A model generated the notes under the pieces. The model saw nothing but the letters and a program-made list of their open reading frames with translations. It ran no database searches and was not told the DNA's origin. A stretch of DNA of 24,403 bases from a virus (Duplodnaviria; Caudoviricetes), in the IMG/VR virus record IMGVR_UViG_3300031694_000043, positions 1 through 24,403 of that record; one strand, given 5' to 3'. Of this stretch, positions 17,274 through 24,403 are shown in pieces (the stretch's first letter is position 1; the number at the start of each line of letters is the position of its first letter). A program made the translations under genes and the position numbers.

Positions 17274-19519
17274 GGTCTTGCGGGTGCTTCCATTAATACC
17301 GCCCATCCTAAGAGCTTACAATCTTTTCCTGCCTCAGATTCTATTCTTAATGAAAGTGCTTTACCATTTCCTCTTAATTTACTTTTCGTTACAATTATAT
17401 TCTTACCATAATCAAATGTATCTGATGCACCTGTAGGAATGTAGTTTCTCTTATACCTATATGTTTGGAAAGCTGTACCCCACTTACCACTATTAATACT
17501 ATCTGCCCAATCCCATTGTGCTTGTACCATGCAACCTGATGGATTGTCAGGCATTAAAGCCCCATCTACGTCAGTAAAACCATCCTCTGTGCGATCAAAG
17601 TACATGAATAAATAAGGAACATATTTCTTCCTCATTAAGTCACCGAATATATCATAACCTGTTATAAGATAACTAGAATAATTTACTCCCGCAGTATTTT
17701 CTGTGTACCAATCTTTAAAGGAAGTATTACTATATCTTCCTATTGTAATATTTGTACCTGCTGATACTAAGAAAGAATAAGTAGTTCTTCTATTAGATCT
17801 AAGAGATGTTGTTACAGTAACTCCTACAGTGCCAGCTAGTACTACATCTGTACCTACAATAACATCTTCAGTACTATCTGTAGACGTAAATCTAGGCAGG
17901 ACAATATAATCTGATATATAAGGACTGCCACTTGCCAGTGGACTAATTGTATTAGGATAAAAAGATTTTAATGTTAAGTCTAGTACAAGTTCTTTATTAT
18001 ATTTATTTATATAATTATTAGTATTATAGTCATCGTCATCATTATATAACCATCTAATTCTGTTTTCTTGTTCTTCATACATTCCTACTGAGTTTTGTAT
18101 TGCTATATTAGATATATTATTATAAAGACCCTGAATAGTTGTTAAAGTTATTGATTCTGATTGGTATCTACCAGTGGTATTATCTTGAGATAATAAAAAG
18201 ATACCTGACCTTGACCAGTAAGCTACTGCTCCATTTACTTCTATAATACTTCTAGGACTTTCTGTGCCTATAGAAGTTACTTTAGATGCTTGGAATGAAG
18301 TAGCCTTAAATCCACCTAAATCACCAAAGACTTCCCACACACCATTCTCTGCAAATACTAGTAAGGAAGACTTAGTAGAAACAAGTTTAACTATCTTAGT
18401 AATATCTGGCAGTTGAATAGTTCCCCCATCTGTATCTATAATATCACTAATTTCCTGTGAAGTAGGATCTGCTGACATATAGCATTTATCTAAAACATCA
18501 GTAGCAGTTGCTACTTGTGTAAAAAATATAAAGCCAGAATAAAAAGGAGATTTAGAATCACCGCTTTCTACAGATGAAGAAACTCCTGAATAAAATACTC
18601 GACCCGCATAAGTAGCTACAGTAGTTAAATTACCTTCTTCTTTATCTGTAGGTAGGGAAGCGATACCACTTTCAGTTGTTCTAGAAGCTCCTCTATGAAG
18701 GGCATCAATAACATGGTGTCCTTTACCCGCAGGAGCATTATCTTGAAAAGCCCTATCCATAATAGTAGGATTATACTTTTCAAAAGTAGCTGAATCTGTA
18801 GTATCTGCCTCTTTGCCAAAAGTCCATACATCAGAATTACTAGGGTATTCACCGAGAGTTGTAAATGTGCAATTGATTCCATCTGAACCACAAGTAGATA
18901 CAATTTTAGGAGACCATCCTTGATTTCTTAAATTATAAAAATGTTCATCAGAAAGAGTTGTTGGTCTGAAATCATCAGCTAAACCATCATCTATTCCCCA
19001 CACATCTCTTATTTTTAAAGTAAGAGTTTCTTGAGAAACTGCTTTAGTTACTCTATTATAAGTTAATAATACAGGATCATCTATATCAGCAGAAACCATT
19101 ACAACATTATTATTAATAATTGTAACCTGTATATCTGAATTAGCAAGTCCCGATATTGTTATAGGATTACCACTATTAAGATATTCAGTAGTGGGAGATA
19201 CATTTAATAGATTAATAAACCAAAGTTTATTAAAGGATCGTATAATACCTATCATTTTAGATGTATCACCGTCAGGACTATTCCAACGATGTAGGCTTTG
19301 TCTTGATCCCGCCAATACAGTTTCAGAAAGTCCTGTAGCTTTCTTTACATAGTTAGTTTCATAATCTACTCCTAATCTACGCAAACGCCTACCTGTCCGT
19401 TCTAGAACAAAGTTGTCTTCATCTACAGAGGCACTTTCTGGAAAGGTTAAAGCGGTTGCTTCAGTAACTAACCCTCTGACAAAGTTATTATGTTGTTTCT
19501 CTGAACTAGCCTTTGCCAT
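17270..19519 (-). CDS. Tail nozzle / tail tubular protein B
   Basis: 749 aa and beta-rich (propeller-like). N-terminal FVRGLVTEAT...RRLG, YAGRVFYSG, and C-terminal KLRGNGKALSLRIESEAGKDCKLLGW. Downstream of the adaptor gene. Confidence 0.8.
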   Translation of the reverse strand: MAKASSEKQHNNFVRGLVTEATALTFPESASVDEDNFVLERTGRRLRRLGVDYETNYVKKATGLSETVLAGSRQSLHRWNSPDGDTSKMIGIIRSFNKLWFINLLNVSPTTEYLNSGNPITISGLANSDIQVTIINNNVVMVSADIDDPVLLTYNRVTKAVSQETLTLKIRDVWGIDDGLADDFRPTTLSDEHFYNLRNQGWSPKIVSTCGSDGINCTFTTLGEYPSNSDVWTFGKEADTTDSATFEKYNPTIMDRAFQDNAPAGKGHHVIDALHRGASRTTESGIASLPTDKEEGNLTTVATYAGRVFYSGVSSSVESGDSKSPFYSGFIFFTQVATATDVLDKCYMSADPTSQEISDIIDTDGGTIQLPDITKIVKLVSTKSSLLVFAENGVWEVFGDLGGFKATSFQASKVTSIGTESPRSIIEVNGAVAYWSRSGIFLLSQDNTTGRYQSESITLTTIQGLYNNISNIAIQNSVGMYEEQENRIRWLYNDDDDYNTNNYINKYNKELVLDLTLKSFYPNTISPLASGSPYISDYIVLPRFTSTDSTEDVIVGTDVVLAGTVGVTVTTSLRSNRRTTYSFLVSAGTNITIGRYSNTSFKDWYTENTAGVNYSSYLITGYDIFGDLMRKKYVPYLFMYFDRTEDGFTDVDGALMPDNPSGCMVQAQWDWADSINSGKWGTAFQTYRYKRNYIPTGASDTFDYGKNIIVTKSKLRGNGKALSLRIESEAGKDCKLLGWAVLMEAPARP

Positions 19520-19521
19520 AA

Positions 19522-19728
19522 CTACTTATCTATTTCCATTCCTTTTACACTTTCTTTTTTAGCTCTCCACATATTAAATGCTTTCTTAGCCATATCTTCT
19601 GCTGTAAATAATCCCTGTAATTCTTGAGGAATCTCTCCACCACTATCCCATTTAAAAGCTAGTAAAGGTGATTTAGGATCTACGCCCAAGTGAAGTTCTT
19701 TTCCTGCTGCTGATGTGTACATTAACAT
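19522..19728 (-). CDS. Hypothetical protein (68 aa) between adaptor and nozzle
   Basis: TAATG coupling upstream and a 2-nt gap downstream. Contains GGEIPQELQGLFT. Confidence 0.7.
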   Translation of the reverse strand: MLMYTSAAGKELHLGVDPKSPLLAFKWDSGGEIPQELQGLFTAEDMAKKAFNMWRAKKESVKGMEIDK

Positions 19729-20489
19729 TAGTATTTTTTCCCTTTTCTTCCAAAACCTGCGAAGTCAATTCCATTACTTACTCTGAATGCCTCTTGAGAC
19801 ATTCTTCTTCTTTGAATCTGAGATTGTTGTGCTGCAATTGGATTCTCACTTTGTTTCAATATTACAAAACTTGCAGTCTTTGCATCAGCTAAAAGATAGC
19901 TAAATGCTTGTGATGGTAAATCAGGAACAAAAGTATTAGTAACAGACCATGTAGGCTGTACTTTACCAAAGCATTGTGACTTACTCTGTTGCATATTACT
20001 AGTATCTATAGCCGAATCATAAGAATCAAAGATTAAATATTCATCATCAAATGATGTATAAAAAGTAGCAGGAGCATCATTATTAATATTTAAAGAAACT
20101 CCTGTTGCATCTGTAACAACCTTTACTCCTGACTCATCGCTTTTTCTTACTGCTATTAAATCTACAAATTCTTTAGGAGTTTTATATTTTATATCTATAT
20201 ATTTATCAAATGAATCTGCTGTTGTTTTAACATTATATTTAACCCATTCAATGTCAATAGCACTATCTGGTATTTTCATGTGAGTAGGTCTAGCAGAAGT
20301 AGCAGCCTCTAGTCGAATAAACTTTTTTAACTGAGGCCAATCCTTTCCATCAATTAGATTATAATATGATGTTTTTATTATTTGAGCTACTTGCGTACTT
20401 TCTACAGTATCAGAAATATCTGATACATTATCTGAATCTAAATCAGATAATATATCCTGTGTTAGTTCTAGTAACGTCATTGAAGGCAT
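19728..20489 (-). CDS. Head-tail adaptor / tail tubular protein A
   Basis: 253 aa with helical N-terminus MTLLELTQDILSDLDSDNV, as in podovirus adaptors. Position is consistent. Confidence 0.75.
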   Translation of the reverse strand: MPSMTLLELTQDILSDLDSDNVSDISDTVESTQVAQIIKTSYYNLIDGKDWPQLKKFIRLEAATSARPTHMKIPDSAIDIEWVKYNVKTTADSFDKYIDIKYKTPKEFVDLIAVRKSDESGVKVVTDATGVSLNINNDAPATFYTSFDDEYLIFDSYDSAIDTSNMQQSKSQCFGKVQPTWSVTNTFVPDLPSQAFSYLLADAKTASFVILKQSENPIAAQQSQIQRRRMSQEAFRVSNGIDFAGFGRKGKKY

Positions 20490-20947
20490 TAGGCTGTCCT
20501 ACGAATAATAACTGTTATAGTACATCGAGTAGTGGTTGCATTACTTGTGGCTATAACAAAATTTACTGCTTGACCTGCTGTTAAAGTATTATTGCCACTT
20601 GGGGTCGCTGTATCGACATCGCCCGCTGCACTACCTGATTGGGTAATAGTAAGTACGCCATTTGTTACTGCGGTACTACCTATCTTAGCTGTTATTACAC
20701 AATTAGCAGTAGTAAAGGCATTGTCAATTACGCTTGTAATACTAGTAATTGTTCCTGCATAAGGAGTAGCTAAATAGTAAGTAGTATCAGTAACTAAATT
20801 TGCTATGTGTAGATTAAGAGCAAACTCTTGGAACTTCCATACTCCTGCTCCTGAAGTAGCATGAAGGGTCTTATTTGTAGTAGCAGTAGATACACCTTTA
20901 ACTTCATGTAGTTCTGCATTACTTATATTTTTGTGTTCTATTGTCAT
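20489..20947 (-). CDS. Thr-rich accessory virion protein (152 aa)
   Basis: N-terminal EHKNISNAELHEVKG followed by a Thr/Ala-rich beta-sandwich-like region, within the structural operon. Confidence 0.6.
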   Translation of the reverse strand: MTIEHKNISNAELHEVKGVSTATTNKTLHATSGAGVWKFQEFALNLHIANLVTDTTYYLATPYAGTITSITSVIDNAFTTANCVITAKIGSTAVTNGVLTITQSGSAAGDVDTATPSGNNTLTAGQAVNFVIATSNATTTRCTITVIIRRTA

Positions 20948-20961
20948 AAGAAAAAACCTAG

Positions 20962-20982
20962 AAAAGGGGAGATAAACTCCCC
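20962..20982 (-). terminator. Intrinsic terminator
   Basis: On the - strand: GGGGAG-TTTAT-CTCCCC then TTTT, just after the stop at 20990. Confidence 0.7.
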
Positions 20983-20989
20983 CGTTAGA

Positions 20990-21271
20990 TTAAGATTCCA
21001 CCATTAAACCATGAGCTTCTAGTAAATCTAGAATTTCGATTTGCTTTGCCCGTAAAACAGCGATATCTGCTCTAGCAGCATTAATAGATGTTATTGCTAG
21101 ATTACGATTTCCTGCTGTATCATAAGCACCTGCCGTAGCTCCTGTACCACCTACGGGAGCAGCTACTTGTGTTATTGAAGCAGGATCAGCTATGTTAGTC
21201 TGTCTTTCTGTTATAAGAGGTCTACTAAGACTATCAGCCAGTAGACAGTTCTCTTTAATTGGATTTGCCAT
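20990..21271 (-). CDS. Probable head fibre / capsid decoration protein (93 aa)
   Basis: SD AGGAG. Ala/Gly/Thr-rich middle and amphipathic C-terminal helix ending ILDLLEAHGL, resembling trimeric head-fibre termini. Confidence 0.55.
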   Translation of the reverse strand: MANPIKENCLLADSLSRPLITERQTNIADPASITQVAAPVGGTGATAGAYDTAGNRNLAITSINAARADIAVLRAKQIEILDLLEAHGLMVES

Positions 21272-21285
21272 TACATTCTCCTAAG

Positions 21286-21316
21286 AAAAAAAGGGGAGCG
21301 CAAAAGACTCCCCTTT
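21286..21316 (-). terminator. Intrinsic terminator after the capsid/decoration genes
   Basis: On the - strand: AAAGGGGAG-TCTTTTGCG-CTCCCC followed by T7. Confidence 0.85.
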
Positions 21317-21349
21317 AGTTTGTTACATTATATACAAAAACATTCCCAA

Positions 21350-21856
21350 TTAAGCAGCAGGAACAGTTAAGTACTCTATGATGATTCTTGCTCTACCTGC
21401 GGTAAACGTACCCGTAGCTACAACTTGAAGTTGACCTACAGCATCAGTTTTTGCCATGATAGCATTTCCTGAGTTACTACCCGAAGCACAAGTTGAAGAT
21501 TTAAGTTCTAGAAGAACTTCAGAAGCATCAATAGAAGCTGTAGCTAACGCATCCCATAGTTTATCTTCACCTGAACCAATAGCCGAAGCATCAGTTTCCA
21601 CAAGATCAATATCATAGCTAGTTCCACCTGCGAAGGCAGTGATTACTTGGAAGTAAGCTTCAACAATATAAGTATTCGCAGGTATGCGAAGAATCATTTT
21701 GTTATCACCACTTACAGGTAGATCATTAAAATCAAACGTCCATTCAGCCGTTTTAACTGGCCCATTATTCTGAGTTACACCACCAAATTTCTTGTTGGTA
21801 ACTCTTGACCCATAATGATTTTCTACACCCCTAATTAAATTAGTTTCAAATCCCAT
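21350..21856 (-). CDS. Probable capsid decoration / minor capsid protein (168 aa)
   Basis: Directly after the MCP with SD AAGGAG and before the terminator. Beta-rich (IPANTYIVEA...FTAGRARIIIEY), typical of cement proteins. Confidence 0.65.
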   Translation of the reverse strand: MGFETNLIRGVENHYGSRVTNKKFGGVTQNNGPVKTAEWTFDFNDLPVSGDNKMILRIPANTYIVEAYFQVITAFAGGTSYDIDLVETDASAIGSGEDKLWDALATASIDASEVLLELKSSTCASGSNSGNAIMAKTDAVGQLQVVATGTFTAGRARIIIEYLTVPAA

Positions 21857-21868
21857 AATAATCTCCTT

Positions 21869-22864
21869 TTAGTAGTTAGTTGGGTGAGTAGCAATTGCGA
21901 TCAGAGTATCTGTTCGCTGAATACCTAGCCCAAAACGTGAAGTTACTTGGAAATTATCACCGCGATTATTTGGATCGCGCCAACCTTCTGTGCGTGGCTG
22001 TCTGCGCCATGCGTGCATAACTGGCTTACAGTTATCATCTGCAACACACATTGCAACATTCACAACATCCCCAATTTCAGCAGTATCATTTGCTAGATTG
22101 TAACTAGAAGCATTTAGTGCTTCAGTAGCAGTTTTTACTGGTAGGAAGTTACTTGTCCAAATATCAAACCCGAATATATTCTTAACAAACTTATGTTCTT
22201 TAGCAAAACCTTCAGTAATAATACCTTCAAAATGAGGGTTATTACTTACGTTTACTAAGTTAGTAAGGCTGTTAAAAGTTGCTTCTACAACTGGATCAAC
22301 AATCATAATACGACCATTAGCAGGTGTTCCTGCTTTATCCATTGATAGTTTAGCAGCAATAATGTCACTAAGAGTCATAACACGGGTAGCTGAACCTGCG
22401 CCACCTGCGACCCAACGATGAGGCTGTCCGTTAACCAAGTTAACATTAGCATTCGTTTGTCCAGTTCCACTTTCGCTACCTGCAACTTGCAAGAAACGAG
22501 TTTCGTGATTTACCGCTAATGCCCTAGTAGATTCTACTGCCCGCATACTCATAAGAGCTTCTACCTGCGCCCCATCTTCCCTTAGTTCATCAGACACTCG
22601 CCAAGCATCAGCTTTGTAATCTGTAATACCAAGAGTAAGGGTGTTGTTGTCGATTGCATTGAAATCAAGTGGTGTGTCTTCCGCACCATCTTGGATCGTT
22701 ACAGTACCGATTGTTTTAATGTTTAAAGTCGTTCCACTCCCAAAATCTGTCACATCACGCCACAATCCGTCAGGAAGGGCAAATGTTTGTAGATTGTCAA
22801 GAATAAACTGACTATACTGTTCTGCTTCAATAAAAGCAGTTGAGTTACTTGTCAATTGAGACAT
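21869..22864 (-). CDS. Major capsid protein (HK97 fold)
   Basis: 331 aa after the scaffold gene, SD AAGGA. AFIEAEQYSQFIL, DFGSGTTLNIKTIG, and NIFGFDIWTSN resemble SIO1/VpV262-like MCPs. Confidence 0.9.
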   Translation of the reverse strand: MSQLTSNSTAFIEAEQYSQFILDNLQTFALPDGLWRDVTDFGSGTTLNIKTIGTVTIQDGAEDTPLDFNAIDNNTLTLGITDYKADAWRVSDELREDGAQVEALMSMRAVESTRALAVNHETRFLQVAGSESGTGQTNANVNLVNGQPHRWVAGGAGSATRVMTLSDIIAAKLSMDKAGTPANGRIMIVDPVVEATFNSLTNLVNVSNNPHFEGIITEGFAKEHKFVKNIFGFDIWTSNFLPVKTATEALNASSYNLANDTAEIGDVVNVAMCVADDNCKPVMHAWRRQPRTEGWRDPNNRGDNFQVTSRFGLGIQRTDTLIAIATHPTNY

Positions 22865-22885
22865 AAAATATTTCCTTTAAGTTAA

Positions 22886-23587
22886 TTATAAACCAAGATT
22901 CTTTCTAGCTTTTTCTCCTGCAATTGCCCAAGCTGTTTTAACGTCTTTAGTATCAAAGCTTTTTACTTTAGCATTAAGATCTCCTGTAGGCTCTGCTTGA
23001 TACGCTTGTGTATTAACAGATCCTATAGTAGGAGAAACATCAGTTTGTTTTTGTTCAAATCCTGCCATTTTAAAAACAGCAGTAGGTGAATTTGCAGCAA
23101 TTATATTCAAATCAGCTACAGTAAGACCAGAATCAGTGGCAAGTTTGTTATAAACATCCTCGCCTTTATTACCGTATTGCTTCATAAAGCGTTGCGCCAC
23201 GGTTTTATTATTCTGAGCCTTTACTTTACTTTGCTCTATTTTGGTTAACTCTTGGTTAACCATTGTAGAAATGTGTTCTTGATTTACTTCTGCTCTAGGA
23301 GTTGTCTCCCCCGTTGCTTGGGTAGATCTTAATTCATCGACAAGTTCTCTGGTTGTTCTCTGTCCTTCCAATGTTTGCTTCAAGGAAGCGTTCTCAGCTT
23401 CGATTGTTGCAATATGAGATTGGGCAGGGGCAATAGAAGCATAAGCTGATTCTAAAGTTGAGTACTTCTTTCCCTCTCCTACGATCCCTTGTAATTCTGT
23501 CGGAATTACTGGTGCGGTTTGGGTATCTGCTACGGGTGCTGCTGTCTCTTCAGGTTTGTCACCTTCAAATATTGTTTCTTCAGTCAA
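22886..23587 (-). CDS. Capsid scaffolding protein
   Basis: TTG start, acidic N-terminus, VGEGKKY followed by a coiled coil (HIATIEAENASLKQTLE), located immediately before the MCP. Confidence 0.8.
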   Translation of the reverse strand: MTEETIFEGDKPEETAAPVADTQTAPVIPTELQGIVGEGKKYSTLESAYASIAPAQSHIATIEAENASLKQTLEGQRTTRELVDELRSTQATGETTPRAEVNQEHISTMVNQELTKIEQSKVKAQNNKTVAQRFMKQYGNKGEDVYNKLATDSGLTVADLNIIAANSPTAVFKMAGFEQKQTDVSPTIGSVNTQAYQAEPTGDLNAKVKSFDTKDVKTAWAIAGEKARKNLGL

Positions 23588-23589
23588 TT

Positions 23590-23820
23590 TTAATTCCCTT
23601 TGTCAGGTAAAAATTTAAGTATCCTTTCAATGCGTTTTAAATCGCCTAATAGAAAGGATTGTTGCTCCGCCCATGATGGGCTTAAAAAACTTTCTTCAGA
23701 GATCATTTTACGATAGGAGGTAGCTTTTTCTTCTTCTAGATATTTTCTTAGAATATCCACCACATCCTGCTTCGACATTAATCCCCAATCTTCTTTATCT
23801 ACACGTAAAAATTTATTCAT
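23590..23820 (-). CDS. Hypothetical protein (76 aa) between portal and scaffold
   Basis: Helical, SPSWAEQQSFLLG, 2-nt gap to the scaffold, first gene after the promoter. Confidence 0.7.
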   Translation of the reverse strand: MNKFLRVDKEDWGLMSKQDVVDILRKYLEEEKATSYRKMISEESFLSPSWAEQQSFLLGDLKRIERILKFLPDKGN

Positions 23821-23873
23821 AAATTATATTTAAAGTAATAGTTATATGAAGCTACATTTTTATGTACTCCACT

Positions 23874-23902
23874 ATTATACCACGAAATAGCTAAAAAGTC
23901 AA
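23874..23902 (-). promoter_or_regulatory. sigma70-type promoter driving the scaffold/capsid operon
   Basis: On the - strand: TTGACT (23902-23897), 17 nt spacer, TATAAT (23879-23874) with extended -10 TGG. A-rich tract upstream of -35. Confidence 0.85.
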
Positions 23903-23918
23903 GACATTTCTTATTTAT

Positions 23919-24403
23919 TTAATCAATTATCTCTTCTTCTAAAGGAATTGATTGTTCATTTTGCAATTGAATTTCTGCTTGTTGTGCTGCCCCTTGTGTT
24001 TCTTTTTGCTCTTGTACAGCTATATTAGGGCTAATTAACTGGAATTTCTGAAGACCCATTGCTTCTTCTAACATCTTAGCCAAGGCTATTGAAGACACAT
24101 GAGGAGCTATTACTCCTGCTATTGGCCCATTAAAAATTCCCATAACATTCTGAATCAATTGATTTCTTGATGCAAAATGCCTCGCGCCCATAGGAATTAA
24201 CTTACCCTTTGCGGTTATATCTGTCTTCTCAATATTCATAAACTCAACTACACCAATATCCTCATCCATAACTCTAATAAGATCTGATGTATCTAAATTT
24301 CTCCTAGAAACTTCAAGCATCTTATTTAATGCTTTTTCCAAAAATCTACGTTCAAATTTATTTGTTTTATTAAGGAAGATTCGTTGTGCTGCATTATCTA
24401 GCT
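23919..24403 (-). CDS. Portal protein, C-terminal part (5' end outside the window)
   Basis: Frame is open to the window end (LDNAAQRIFLNKTNKFERRFLEKALN...). DITAKGKLIPMGARHFA and a Q/E-rich tail. Upstream of scaffold and MCP. Confidence 0.8.
   Translation of the reverse strand, partial: LDNAAQRIFLNKTNKFERRFLEKALNKMLEVSRRNLDTSDLIRVMDEDIGVVEFMNIEKTDITAKGKLIPMGARHFASRNQLIQNVMGIFNGPIAGVIAPHVSSIALAKMLEEAMGLQKFQLISPNIAVQEQKETQGAAQQAEIQLQNEQSIPLEEEIID

Noticed and set aside
738-20584. Short antisense or out-of-frame ORFs in the track (e.g. 738-926, 2096-2335, 4408-4707, 5995-6333, 8631-8831, 9297-10475, 13052-15723, 18625-18903, 20366-20584)
   Set aside because: They are nested in or opposite well-supported genes and show no recognisable motifs. 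They are consistent with shadow ORFs.
21327-21356. TATAAT on the - strand after the 168-aa gene
   Set aside because: There is no credible -35 or exact TGn extension, and it sits just upstream of a terminator.
1-24403. CRISPR array, tRNA genes, integrase/att site, stop-codon reassignment, base-modification (e.g. PurZ) genes
   Set aside because: I saw no repeat-spacer or cloverleaf structure, and intergenic gaps are too small. Genes tile densely under the standard code, and no such protein motifs were recognised.

Overview
This window is a 24.4 kb internal fragment of an AT-rich, apparently lytic podovirus-type phage genome with two convergent arms. The left arm (+ strand, 1-7811) is a replication and nucleotide-metabolism module. 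It encodes a family A DNA polymerase split into two translationally coupled genes, a probable SSB, a 5'-3' exonuclease, an HNH nuclease, a DEDDy/YprB-like exonuclease with a Zn ribbon, a DUF3310-type protein, a monomeric class II (adenosylcobalamin) ribonucleotide reductase, a Cys4 DUF1289-like peptide and a stand-alone SLOG-fold protein. The right arm (- strand, 7808-24403) is morphogenetic: portal (3' end), scaffold, major capsid protein, three small accessory virion proteins, adaptor, nozzle, a GNAT-fold protein, three probable ejection proteins (the last with a lysozyme/transglycosylase-like motif) and a small membrane protein. Two near-consensus sigma70 promoters and two related intrinsic terminators are visible. 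The architecture resembles SIO1/VpV262/cobavirus-like (Zobellviridae-like) phages. This is a recognition-based assignment, not a database result. I found no tRNA, CRISPR array, integrase or phage RNA polymerase. I cannot demonstrate a clearly new system. The best leads are the cleanly split PolA, the accessory cluster around nrdJ (a missed membrane peptide, an overlapping Cys4 ORF and the SLOG protein), palindromes over both promoter start sites, and the twin-terminator cassette after the capsid genes.
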